From Candidatus Helarchaeota archaeon (lineage in GTDB: Archaea > Asgardarchaeota > Lokiarchaeia > Helarchaeales > RDOG01), in contig JAHPZH010000001.1 in assembly GCA_019058315.1 (NCBI GenBank), forward strand, positions 343,536 through 407,535: 64,000 nt of DNA. Reading direction: 5' to 3'. Positions 8,894-18,776 of the stretch are shown piece after piece. The notes under the pieces are model-generated. The model was not told the DNA's origin. It did no database searches and was given only the letters and a program-made list of their open reading frames with translations. The position numbers and the translations under genes are program-made. The stretch's first letter is position 1. Each line of letters starts with the position of its first letter.

Positions 8894-10261
8894 TTAACCG
8901 CTTATTTCCTCTAATTCTTTTACTTTATTTAAAAGTTCTAATGCTTCATTATTTTCGGGGTCAATTTTTAAAGCTTTATTTATAAAATCAATGGCTTTTT
9001 TATAATTTTCTAAATTAACATAAGAAACGCTCATTCCCAGCATAGCCTCAATATCTTCGTCGTCTAATTCAAGGACTTTTCGGTAATTTTTAATGGCTTC
9101 TTTAAATTCACCTTTTTCTTTTAATAAACATGCTTTGTTGTAGAAACTATCAATATCATATTCATTTAGTTCTATTACTTTGTCAAAAAATTTTATTGCT
9201 TCATCATTTTGATTTAATTGTTTTAGAACACAGGCTTTATTAAAATATGCTAAATGGTAAGAAGGATCGAGTTTGATCGCTTTATCAAATATTTCTAAAG
9301 CTTCTTCAAGCTTTAAGAGATCTTGAAGAATTAGGCCCTTATTATTTAAAGCATCCAAATAATCATTTTTCAATTCAATAGCTTTGTTATAACTCTCTAA
9401 AGCCTTTTCTTTTTGCTCAAGTCTACTTAAAATATTCCCTTTTAAGAACCACGCTCTATGGTTTTTTGGTTCATATTCCAATATTTTATCAAAACAAGCT
9501 AAAGCTTCATCAGTTCTATTTAATTCCTCAAAAATATTTGCTTCTGTGAATAAAGCTGCAATATAATTAGGTTCGTATTTTAATAATTTATTTAAACAGT
9601 CTAAGGCTTCTTTAAATCTCTCTAAATTATATAGAATTAAACCTTTTTTATATAATAGTGAGTAATTTTTAGGGTATTTTCTACTCAAGGTATCAAGAAT
9701 TTGAATAACTCTCTCCTGTTCGTTTAAGTAACAAAAAACGACTGTATCAAAAGCCATTATTAAATCTTCTTCAATTAGATCGGAAAGAAAGGCTTTTTTA
9801 TAATATTTCATTGCTTCATCTTTATTTCCCAATTCTTCTACTATAATTCCTTTAATGATTAATGCATAGTTTAATTCGGGAGTAAAAGATAGAATTTTAT
9901 TAAAGCATTCAAGAGCACCTTTGAAATGACGTAATAGGAAATAAGTTAATCCAACTTTGAACCAAGCTTCTTTATTTTCAGGATCTTTTTCCAAAACTAA
10001 TTTAAAATGATCTAATGCTCTCTTATATGCTCCTAATTCAAAGGCTACATTTCCTTTGACTAAATTATTATTTATATTACTTTCGTTTGATTGACCAAAT
10101 TCAATATCTCTAAATTGGAAATCTTTAATTGATGCCACTCCAAACTTAACAATTTCATCAAATGTGAGCGCTTTTCCTTGAGTTTCTCCCCAACCAATCT
10201 TTTTTTTCATTTTATATATTTCTTTGTCGTCTAAATATTTTCTTAGCAACTCATTTTTCAA
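8894..10261 (-). CDS. TPR repeat protein
   Basis: About ten 34-aa TPR units (e.g. AWFLKGNILSRLEQKEKALESYNKAIELKND). Confidence 0.95.
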   Translation of the reverse strand: MKNELLRKYLDDKEIYKMKKKIGWGETQGKALTFDEIVKFGVASIKDFQFRDIEFGQSNESNINNNLVKGNVAFELGAYKRALDHFKLVLEKDPENKEAWFKVGLTYFLLRHFKGALECFNKILSFTPELNYALIIKGIIVEELGNKDEAMKYYKKAFLSDLIEEDLIMAFDTVVFCYLNEQERVIQILDTLSRKYPKNYSLLYKKGLILYNLERFKEALDCLNKLLKYEPNYIAALFTEANIFEELNRTDEALACFDKILEYEPKNHRAWFLKGNILSRLEQKEKALESYNKAIELKNDYLDALNNKGLILQDLLKLEEALEIFDKAIKLDPSYHLAYFNKACVLKQLNQNDEAIKFFDKVIELNEYDIDSFYNKACLLKEKGEFKEAIKNYRKVLELDDEDIEAMLGMSVSYVNLENYKKAIDFINKALKIDPENNEALELLNKVKELEEISG

Positions 10262-10383
10262 AAATTTATCTATTGTAATCCACCTATTTCATTTCAAATT
10301 GATTTCTTATAGATAATTTTAATATAAAAAGTAAATTATTTGTGTAAATTGGTTATTTGCTAAAGTATTTTTGAAATACAAAA

Positions 10384-11316
10384 TTAATCTAACTTCAAAA
10401 CTGAAAGAATATCTGGCTTATATTTCTCGATAGCTTTTTCAATTCTTGCTAATGAATCCAAAGCCGAGATTGTAAATAATGAAACAGTCTTATGTAAATT
10501 GACAATACAAATCGAATTTTCTCCGACTCTATATACCGAAAAATCCGATCTATTATTTTGTAAGAATCCCTGTTTCTTAAATTCTTTTAGAAGTGGGGCT
10601 AAAAAGGGAGGTTCGACTAATTTTAAGCTGATATACTCTAAAAATTCTGCTTTTTCCATACTTAGATATTTTTCAAAATGAGATGCAATTTCAATGCCTT
10701 CATCTGAATTGAATAAAATTGAGACACTCCCATTAATTCTATCGGTGAGTTTTTGTAATAAATCTTGCAATGTAAGTAACCGACCCCCCATTACTTCTTC
10801 CATAAGGTCATCTAAAATTCTCTTAACCTTAAGCTTTGCAGAATTATTTTTTATTGATGTTGAAAAGTAATGTATCTTTATTTTTGGCTCCACTAATTCA
10901 TTTACAATTTTTTTAATCTCTTTTAATTCAACTTTCTTTTTATCGTTTTTATGTGCAAGAATAAAAATTTTAGCATTTGGAGAATATTCCTGTAAAGCAA
11001 TATAGTTTTTTGTAAATTCGGTAATTGATTTTCTAATCTTTCCTTTATCGGATGAGTCTATCACCCAAATCATAATAGTTACTTTATTGAAAACCTTTAT
11101 TCTAAATTGGTCAGTTCTATATTCCTTCAAAAATTGTACTTGTCCACCACAGTCAAATATACTTATATTAATCATTTGTCTGTAATTATACTGATGTGTT
11201 TCTAGGAATTGTGTCGGGGATAGGTTTTTTAGCTCTTGAAATGTTTTATTTTCAAAAACATTTTTTGCTATACTTGTTTTTCCAGCATTATCTAGTCCCA
11301 TCATAATTATTTTCAA
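10384..11316 (-). CDS. Rag/Gtr1-like small GTPase with C-terminal roadblock domain
   Basis: GLDNAGKTS, DCGGQVQF, SPNAKIFILAHKND (compare RagA SPDAKIFCLVHKMD), FSTSI; C-terminal SILFNSDEGIEIAS. Confidence 0.9.
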   Translation of the reverse strand: MKIIMMGLDNAGKTSIAKNVFENKTFQELKNLSPTQFLETHQYNYRQMINISIFDCGGQVQFLKEYRTDQFRIKVFNKVTIMIWVIDSSDKGKIRKSITEFTKNYIALQEYSPNAKIFILAHKNDKKKVELKEIKKIVNELVEPKIKIHYFSTSIKNNSAKLKVKRILDDLMEEVMGGRLLTLQDLLQKLTDRINGSVSILFNSDEGIEIASHFEKYLSMEKAEFLEYISLKLVEPPFLAPLLKEFKKQGFLQNNRSDFSVYRVGENSICIVNLHKTVSLFTISALDSLARIEKAIEKYKPDILSVLKLD

Positions 11317-11669
11317 TTTTATTCATTCCTAATTTAGAATTTCATAATTTTAGGATTTTTGATTAATCCATACTTTTTTTAATATTTATTGAAATATTTT
11401 GTAAATATTTTTAATTTTTTTATTTAGGCAAATTTTCAAATTTTAATTTTGTCTGGACAAAAATAATTAATGCACTAACAAATTAAATAAAAATTTATCC
11501 TTTGTTTTTTGTCAATAGTTAATAATTAATTTGAATATTCATTTCGACAGAAAAAGGGAATGTTTTTATTGCCAATTTTCTCATCCTTAACCATAAGAAG
11601 TTAAGAATTTTGCTTAACAAATCATTTATACAAAAAAGTATCGAAATAAATAGTCAAGGTTAATTTCCT

Positions 11670-12089
11670 ATGGAAGAAATTCTCTCATTAAAGTTTTTAG
11701 GAATCGGATCAAAGGCAATCAGTACACGTACCACGAAAGACGAGGGGATAATTCATGGTATATTATTACAAAATGATAATAAGGAATTAGCCGTTTTTAT
11801 ATCTGTTATTAGCTTTAAACAAAATAAAGATAAAAAGGGGAAAAATTTAGGAGTTATTGGTGGTTTTACTTTAGAAGATCTAAAAGAACACCTAGAGAAA
11901 CTAAAAAAAGAGACATGGGTTCCACTGGGTCTTATAAAGATCGATCTTGGGGAGAGAGCTGTAAAAAATTTTCTAAAAGATGGGAAAAAACCATTTACTC
12001 TAATCAATTTAATAAAAGATGTAGAGAATGGAAAATTAAATTATATGAAAAGAAGTTTGGATAAAAATTATCAATCTTATATCATGTAA
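11670..12089 (+). CDS. Hypothetical protein
   Basis: 139-aa ATG ORF with native composition; no motif recognised. Confidence 0.7.
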   Translation: MEEILSLKFLGIGSKAISTRTTKDEGIIHGILLQNDNKELAVFISVISFKQNKDKKGKNLGVIGGFTLEDLKEHLEKLKKETWVPLGLIKIDLGERAVKNFLKDGKKPFTLINLIKDVENGKLNYMKRSLDKNYQSYIM

Positions 12090-12139
12090 TTTAAATTCAA
12101 AAGAAAAACTCAAAAATAAAATTTATTTCTTTAATTATA

Positions 12140-13306
12140 ATGACCGCTGAAATTGAAAAAGAAAAAAGAATCCCCAGATTCAGTTCGATTGATGTATATC
12201 GGGGATATTTAATTGCACTAATGGTGATTCACCATTATGGTGAGTGGGTATACCATCCTCTTAATGGAAATTTTTTATTAATCTCCCTCGATCTTATATT
12301 TATTCAGCTAGGATTATGGCCGGTCTTTAATGCTTTATGTATTAAGCAGAATATCTTTTTAAAAATTCAATATATTTTTAGTTATTTGGGTACTTATCCT
12401 TTCATCATAATTGTAGGTATGGCTTTAGTCCTTTCTACCGAAATAAGGAAACAAAGAGGGTATACTGAACATGAAATTACCAACCATACTATGAAACGTG
12501 TTCTCTGGATTCTTCTTTTTCATATAATTTTAGGTCAAATTGTTTTGGGACCTGGAACTTTATGGTGGTCTGGAGTTTTATCTATAGTAGCCTTTAATAT
12601 ATTCGCTGGCTATTTTTTCCAACGATTGCCTAATAAAATTAATGCCCCTATTGCTGTTTTTATTTTTATTGTATCACCTATAATTAAAGATTTTTTAAAT
12701 ATCCCTAATGTTGGTTATTATGTCGATCCTGACCCTGGAATCCTTGGAGGACTCAGATTCATCGCATATAATATGCTTCCACATTTTTTACCTGTTCTCT
12801 CTTTTACTATAATGGGAATTATACTTGGAAAATTAATAGTAGAGTTTTATAGAAAAGGGAAATTACAAAATTTAACATATATTCTGCTAATTAGTGGAAG
12901 TGTTTTTTGGGTCATGGGGGCTTTAATGGACCCATTTGCTCCCTATTTTGGATACATGTATATTTTAGTTCCTCTTGAAATTTATGAAATGTTTTATGCT
13001 CTTGGACTTTGGTGTATAAGTTTTGGTATCCTTTTCTGGATAATTGAAGTGAAAAGGAAAAAATGGAGAGCTTTCAAATTCTTTGAATTATGTGGCGTTT
13101 CAACTTTATCTTTATATTTTTTCCATCATTTTTTAGGTTTAAACTATTGGATGTATTATAATCATCCATTAATGAATTTTATGTCTACTTTCTCATATTT
13201 CGAAATTTGGGTAGCACTTTGGTCATTTCTATGGATTTATCTTACCCTTTGGTCAAAAGTAAAATATAAGTACAGTCTAGAGTGGTTTATAAGAAAATAT
13301 AGTTGA
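12140..13306 (+). CDS. HGSNAT-like (DUF1624/acyltransferase_3 clan) membrane acyltransferase
   Basis: RFSSIDVYRG..IALMVIHH N-terminal motif, ~10 TM segments, G..TLSLYFFH. Confidence 0.8.
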   Translation: MTAEIEKEKRIPRFSSIDVYRGYLIALMVIHHYGEWVYHPLNGNFLLISLDLIFIQLGLWPVFNALCIKQNIFLKIQYIFSYLGTYPFIIIVGMALVLSTEIRKQRGYTEHEITNHTMKRVLWILLFHIILGQIVLGPGTLWWSGVLSIVAFNIFAGYFFQRLPNKINAPIAVFIFIVSPIIKDFLNIPNVGYYVDPDPGILGGLRFIAYNMLPHFLPVLSFTIMGIILGKLIVEFYRKGKLQNLTYILLISGSVFWVMGALMDPFAPYFGYMYILVPLEIYEMFYALGLWCISFGILFWIIEVKRKKWRAFKFFELCGVSTLSLYFFHHFLGLNYWMYYNHPLMNFMSTFSYFEIWVALWSFLWIYLTLWSKVKYKYSLEWFIRKYS

Positions 13307-13779
13307 GAGGAAATTCAATGGTCAATTTATTAAAAGAATTCTTTCTAACTTTTTTCACATCAAGTATGACGTCAATTAAAGAAGAACTGGGTTTGGCAAG
13401 AGGAATGAATATTGCTGAAGCTCTCTGGAAAAGATTAGCAGAAGATATCTTTCCCATTGTCAACAAAGAAATACAAACTGAAGGGGATGAATTGACTAGT
13501 ACAGTCAAATTTTTAGAAAAGGTTTTTACTGACCTTTTACAGTTTGAAAACGTCGAGTCTCGTGTTGGTGATAATTCTGCATCCCTTAAACTAAATGATT
13601 GTCCATTTTGGAATCAAATAAAAGAAAAAAAGTTACCACCTGCAGCTCATAATCTATGTTCTGCGTTTATTGAAACCCTTGCTAGATTAAAGAGCCCTGG
13701 ACTAATTTTTGACAAAATTGGGTGTAGAAGTATGGCACAAGGCGGGAAATATTGCGAATTTGTATGGAAAATGTTTTAA
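13303..13779 (+). CDS. V4R / ATC-hydrolase-like domain protein
   Basis: LKLNDCPF..HNLCSAF..CRSMAQGGKYCEF cysteine pattern; true start may be ATG 13318. Confidence 0.75.
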   Translation: MRGNSMVNLLKEFFLTFFTSSMTSIKEELGLARGMNIAEALWKRLAEDIFPIVNKEIQTEGDELTSTVKFLEKVFTDLLQFENVESRVGDNSASLKLNDCPFWNQIKEKKLPPAAHNLCSAFIETLARLKSPGLIFDKIGCRSMAQGGKYCEFVWKMF

Positions 13780-13868
13780 AGTCACTAAAAGATTTAATAT
13801 ATTAGAAACTATCATATCTCTTTCATAGCAAAAAATATTCTACTATATTTTAATTATTTCATTAAAAA

Positions 13869-14282
13869 TTAATCAAGAAAGGTTGTATTCTTTCCAAACT
13901 TTAAGGCTTGATCGGTAAAAAAGTAAATTAATAAAAATTCAATAACATGATTCAAGTCCCTACCAAATTTTCTATGTTTTTCACTTGCTCGAATACTATA
14001 AACCAGTTTTATGGTCTTGTCATATATTTCATCAGTCATTTCAATATGAATAATCATTTTTTCATCATTATTATCAAGTAATTTAAGTTCTTGATACATA
14101 TTTTCAAGTTCATCATTCTGTATTCTTTCTAGATCATCAAAAGAAAAATAATCAAGTAAAAATTTTATAATTTCATTCATATTTTTTCCAAATTTCTTGT
14201 ATTTTTTATTTGCCCGTAGTTTTCTTTGAAGTTCTACGAGTTTATTGTATGAAATTTCTTTTAAAGGAATTTGTTTTTTCAA
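13869..14282 (-). CDS. Protein with two tandem ribbon-helix-helix-like repeats
   Basis: Internal duplication: YNKLVELQRKLRANKKYKKFGKNMNEIIKFLLDYF vs YDKTIKLVYSIRASEKHRKFGRDLNHVIEFLLIYF. Confidence 0.6.
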   Translation of the reverse strand: MKKQIPLKEISYNKLVELQRKLRANKKYKKFGKNMNEIIKFLLDYFSFDDLERIQNDELENMYQELKLLDNNDEKMIIHIEMTDEIYDKTIKLVYSIRASEKHRKFGRDLNHVIEFLLIYFFTDQALKFGKNTTFLD

Positions 14283-14528
14283 TATCTTTCAGTTTTTTAA
14301 AATTTGAATTTATTTATTTTTTAAATTTTTAATTTTTTAGATATTTTAATTTTTTCAACTTTATAATTAATCAAAAATGTTTTGAGAGCCATAATTATAG
14401 CTATTTTTTGTTGTATGCTTATTAAATGATATTATTTTATTATATCAAACAAATATTGCTTGAATAAACTAGAATATTTGACTATTTTCCAATTATTGGA
14501 AACAAATCTATAAACTAACAAGAATAGA

Positions 14529-16130
14529 CTAAAATCCTACAGCTTGACCATCTTTTCTGTGATCCGAAGCTGCTATATATCCATCCTTAAGTTTATATAT
14601 TATTTGTGCTCCACCAAAAATAACACTACCTTGTGATATAATTTGATGACCTCGTCGTTTTAGTTCTTTTATTACTTCTGGTTTAAATCCTTCTTCAACA
14701 CTTACTGAAAGCCCTTTATGAACTTGCCAACGTGGAGCGTCAGATGCTGCTTGAGGGTTTTGATTATAATCAAATATCCGGACAATCATTTGGATATGTC
14801 CTTGAGGTTGCATTGGGCCACCCATAACACCAAAACTCATCAAAGGTCTATTATTTTTAGTAATAAATGCTGGTATAATAGTATGAAATGGTCTTTTATT
14901 AGGACCAACTCGATTTGGATGTCCCTCTTCTAAAGTGAAACCAGTTCCGCGATTTTGAAAGCTTATACCTGTGCCAGGTACTACAATACCTGACCCGAAA
15001 AACATGTAATTTGATTGGATATAAGAAACCATCATACCATCGGCATCTGCAGTAGTTAGATAGACAGTATCCCCCATTTTTGGGGTTCCATATTTAAAAT
15101 CTTTAGCTTTATTAAGCTCAATTAGTTTTGCTCGTTCGGCTAGATATTCTGGATTGAGTAAATTTAAATAATCAAATTCCATTGTTGATGGATCTGATAC
15201 ATATCTATGAACATCTGAAAATGCAAGTTTCATAGCTTCAAGCTGGATATGCAGTGAATCTGCCGAATCTACATTATAATCATTTAGATTCCAATGCTTT
15301 AGAATTCCTAATGCTATTAATGCAGCAATTCCTTGACCATTTGGCGGTATTTCATGTAATACAATATCTTTGTATTCAATTGATATGGGTTTTACCCAAT
15401 CTGCTTTATTATTGTTGAGATCTTCAAGAGTTATTAAACCACCACTTCCTCTTGCAAATTCTGCAATTTTATTTGCTAATTTTCCTTGATAAAAAGCTTC
15501 TCCATTTGTTTCAGATATTAATTTTAATGTTTGAGCTTGGTCTGGATTTGAAAATAAATCACCCGCTTTTGGTGCTTTTCCTCCTGGTAGGAAACAATTT
15601 ATGAAATCTGGAAATTTTTTAAATAAACTCTTTGCAAATCCCCAAGATTGCGCCGTTATTGGTGAAACTAAATAACCATGTTTTGCGTACTCAATTGCAG
15701 GTTTGAATAATTCTTTAAATGGTAGTTTCCCAAAACGTTTTGATAATTCCACCCAGGCAGAGACAGCTCCCGGTATCGTCACAGTGTCCCAACCAACAAG
15801 TGGCATTCTTTTATATTTTGAAAAATATTCTGGAGTCCACGCCTTTGGAGATCTGCCAGAGGCATTTAAACCATTTAATTTTTTGCCATCCCAGACTATG
15901 GCAAAAGCATCACTTCCTATTCCATTCATCGTAGGTTCAACAACTGTCAAAGCTATAGCACATGCAATTGCTGCATCGACTGCATTCCCTCCCTTTAATA
16001 ACATCCGAAGTCCCGCTTGTGATGCTAGAGGCTGGGAAGTTGATACAATATTTTTTGCTAAAATTGGCATTCTTTGAGAAGGATATGGGAATTTCCATTT
16101 AAAATTAGCATTAATATCTTTTTTAATCAT
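14529..16130 (-). CDS. ggt: Gamma-glutamyltransferase (YwrD-like)
   Basis: GGNAVDAAIA, GIGSDAF, GD|TVYL Thr nucleophile, KRPFHTI, GVMGG.MQPQGH. Confidence 0.95.
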   Translation of the reverse strand: MIKKDINANFKWKFPYPSQRMPILAKNIVSTSQPLASQAGLRMLLKGGNAVDAAIACAIALTVVEPTMNGIGSDAFAIVWDGKKLNGLNASGRSPKAWTPEYFSKYKRMPLVGWDTVTIPGAVSAWVELSKRFGKLPFKELFKPAIEYAKHGYLVSPITAQSWGFAKSLFKKFPDFINCFLPGGKAPKAGDLFSNPDQAQTLKLISETNGEAFYQGKLANKIAEFARGSGGLITLEDLNNNKADWVKPISIEYKDIVLHEIPPNGQGIAALIALGILKHWNLNDYNVDSADSLHIQLEAMKLAFSDVHRYVSDPSTMEFDYLNLLNPEYLAERAKLIELNKAKDFKYGTPKMGDTVYLTTADADGMMVSYIQSNYMFFGSGIVVPGTGISFQNRGTGFTLEEGHPNRVGPNKRPFHTIIPAFITKNNRPLMSFGVMGGPMQPQGHIQMIVRIFDYNQNPQAASDAPRWQVHKGLSVSVEEGFKPEVIKELKRRGHQIISQGSVIFGGAQIIYKLKDGYIAASDHRKDGQAVGF

Positions 16131-16163
16131 ATTTAAGACCTATAAAAAAAAGTCTGTAATTTC

Positions 16164-16709
16164 TTAAAGGAATTTAGATATTCGAATATATTCTATTATT
16201 AAATTATTAAAAGCTTCATCAATGCCTTGATTCTCTTTAGCAGAAGTTTCAACATATAGGGAATCCAATTTTTCAGATAATTTTATCCCATCGTCCATAG
16301 TAACGACCCTCCTGTCCCGTAGATCGATTTTATTTCCAATAATCATGCATGGTGTAATTTCTTTTGATTTTCCCGCTTCAACAACATCAAATATAGTTTT
16401 ATACCAACCCTCAACATTGTCAAATGATTCTTTTCTAGTTACATCATAAACGATTATGATAAGATCAGCACCTCTGGCATAGTCTTTTGCTAGATCTCGA
16501 TAAAGAATTTGACCAGCTAAATCCCAGATAGAAAGATCAACAAAATGCCCTTCCTTATCCTTATAGGATTTTTGAATACACTCAACACCAACAGTAGCTC
16601 CGTAATCAAGAGAGAATCCTTGTCCCAAAAACCTCTTCACTAAACTTGTCTTCCCTACCGCGTAATCTCCTGCTGTTATTAGTTTCAGCCTGTAACGCTT
16701 TAAGGACAA
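16164..16709 (-). CDS. Rab-like small GTPase
   Basis: G1 GDYAVGKT, G2 ATVG, G3 WDLAGQ, YDVT, G4 GNKID, G5 ETSAK; no C-terminal Cys. Confidence 0.93.
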   Translation of the reverse strand: MSLKRYRLKLITAGDYAVGKTSLVKRFLGQGFSLDYGATVGVECIQKSYKDKEGHFVDLSIWDLAGQILYRDLAKDYARGADLIIIVYDVTRKESFDNVEGWYKTIFDVVEAGKSKEITPCMIIGNKIDLRDRRVVTMDDGIKLSEKLDSLYVETSAKENQGIDEAFNNLIIEYIRISKFL

Positions 16710-16730
16710 CTGAAGTCTCTCCTAATTTCC

Positions 16731-17726
16731 TTAAATAATTGTTTTGATTCCTTCAATAATTTTTTCTTTATTTGGTATTATCCATTTTTCCATTTCTGGA
16801 TTAAAAGGTATTGGCACATCTTGTCCAGCCACCGTTTTGACTGGAGCATCAAGATAATCAAAAGCCCCTTCCATTATAATTTTTGTGATCTCACCAGAAA
16901 TTCCTCCCGTTCTACAAGCTTCATGCACAATAACGGCTCTCCCAGTTTTTTTTATGGAATTAACAATCATTTCTTTATCAAAAGGTGAAATTGTTCTTGG
17001 ATCAAGAACTTCAACTGAAATTCCACTTTTCTGAAGTTCGTTTGCTGCCTCAAGAGCGTGTAAGACCATTATTGAAGTTGCTATTACCGTTATATCCGAT
17101 CCTTCTCTTTTAATTTCCGCCTTACCTATTGGAATAGTAAATTCTTCTTCAGGTACTTCCCCAGTTGTGTTATAAAGAAACTTATGTTCACATGAAATTA
17201 CAGGATTGGGATCTTTAATAGCGGATTTCATTAGTCCATAAGCATCATGAGGAGTACTTGGTTGAATTACTTTAAGCCCAGGAATGTGAATAAACCAAGC
17301 TTCAAGACTTTGAGAGTGATGGGTTGCATAAGAACCCCCCGAGCCAAATGGCAATCTAACAACAATTGGAACTGAACCCTTTCCTCCAAACATATAAAAT
17401 TGCTTAGCTGCTTGATTACAAATTTGATCCATAGCTAAAGCACTTAAATCACCAAACATAATCTCTGCAACAACTTTCATCCCACTTAATGCGGCACCAA
17501 CAGCACACCCTATAATAGCACTTTCCGAAATTGGTGTATCTCTTACTCTTTCTGGTCCAAATTCCTCTTGTAATCCTTGAGTTACTTTAAATGCTCCTTG
17601 CCAATTTTTTCCAATATCTTCTCCAATCAAAACTAGGTCTGGATCTTTTATCATTTCTTCTCGAAGAGCTCTATTTAGAGCTTCATTATATTTCATTACT
17701 ACCATTTCATTCACCTGCATAAACAT
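16731..17726 (-). CDS. acoB: Acetoin/2-oxoacid dehydrogenase E1 beta subunit
   Basis: GEDIG, RVRDTPISE, DQICNQAAK, HSQSLEAWF. Confidence 0.9.
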   Translation of the reverse strand: MFMQVNEMVVMKYNEALNRALREEMIKDPDLVLIGEDIGKNWQGAFKVTQGLQEEFGPERVRDTPISESAIIGCAVGAALSGMKVVAEIMFGDLSALAMDQICNQAAKQFYMFGGKGSVPIVVRLPFGSGGSYATHHSQSLEAWFIHIPGLKVIQPSTPHDAYGLMKSAIKDPNPVISCEHKFLYNTTGEVPEEEFTIPIGKAEIKREGSDITVIATSIMVLHALEAANELQKSGISVEVLDPRTISPFDKEMIVNSIKKTGRAVIVHEACRTGGISGEITKIIMEGAFDYLDAPVKTVAGQDVPIPFNPEMEKWIIPNKEKIIEGIKTII

Positions 17727-18672
17727 CTTTTAATGCATCTTCAACTGGGGGAAATGGACTCTCCATAGCATAATCAACAGCTTTTTGAATTTCCTCTTCA
17801 ACCATTTCCTCAATCTTTACTATTTCCTCTTCTGTAATATTGTTTTCTAGCATCTTAATTTTAATAATCTTAAGTGGATCTCTTTTAAACCAACTTTCTG
17901 CCTCTTCTTGGGGTCTATATTTAGCTGGATCGTAGCGAGAATGTCCTTTTATTCGATAAGTTTTACACTCGATTAAAGTGGGACCATCACCATTTCTGGC
18001 ACGGTTAATGGCATCTCCAGCAACCTTATAAACTTCTAAAACGTCATTTCCATCAACTACTACACCGGGAATACCATATCCAATTGCTCTATCCGCAATG
18101 TTTTCAATAGCAGTAACTGATTTTATACTGGTGCCCATAGCATACAAATTATTTTCACAAACAAAAATTACGGGTAATTTCCATACCGCAGCAAGATTAA
18201 TACCTTCGTGAAATGTTCCGTTGTTTGAAGCACCATCACCAAAAAAACAAGCACAGACTCTCTGATTATTATATTTTAATTTACATGTAAGCCCTGCGCC
18301 AGTAGCTATTGGTATACTACCTCCAACCACACCATTTGCCCCTAATATTCCAATATCAAAATCTGCAATATGCATACTTCCCCCTTTACTTTTACAATAA
18401 CCCGTTTCCTTGGAAAATAATTCCGCAAACATCTTATCAATTGAAGCACCTTTTGCTATACAATGTCCATGACCACGATGAGTGCTTGTAATATAATCTT
18501 CTTTGGATAAATGGGCACAAACTCCGACTGCAACGGCTTCTTCTCCCATATAAGTATGGAGAGTGCCAGGAATTACGGTGGTTCCTAATAATTCATATGA
18601 TTTTTCTTCAAACCGCCTTATTGTAAACATGTTGGCGTAAAAATCGAGTAATTTCATCTTTTCCAGTTCCAT
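17707..18672 (-). CDS. acoA: Acetoin/2-oxoacid dehydrogenase E1 alpha subunit (TPP-dependent)
   Basis: THRGHGH, GGSMH, GDGA..N TPP motif, YRIKGHS. Confidence 0.9.
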   Translation of the reverse strand: MELEKMKLLDFYANMFTIRRFEEKSYELLGTTVIPGTLHTYMGEEAVAVGVCAHLSKEDYITSTHRGHGHCIAKGASIDKMFAELFSKETGYCKSKGGSMHIADFDIGILGANGVVGGSIPIATGAGLTCKLKYNNQRVCACFFGDGASNNGTFHEGINLAAVWKLPVIFVCENNLYAMGTSIKSVTAIENIADRAIGYGIPGVVVDGNDVLEVYKVAGDAINRARNGDGPTLIECKTYRIKGHSRYDPAKYRPQEEAESWFKRDPLKIIKIKMLENNITEEEIVKIEEMVEEEIQKAVDYAMESPFPPVEDALKDVYAGE

Positions 18673-18776
18673 TTATTGCACCAAATAATTTTTCATAAAA
18701 TGATTAATACAATATTATCAATTTTAGATAGTGTTTAAAAAATTTAATTTAATTCTAATTTAATAAAATATTTTGG

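Noticed and set aside
11317-11669. AT-rich intergenic region as replication origin or ncRNA
   Set aside because: No ORB-like repeats, no cdc6/orc1 and no GC-rich stem; consistent with divergent promoters.
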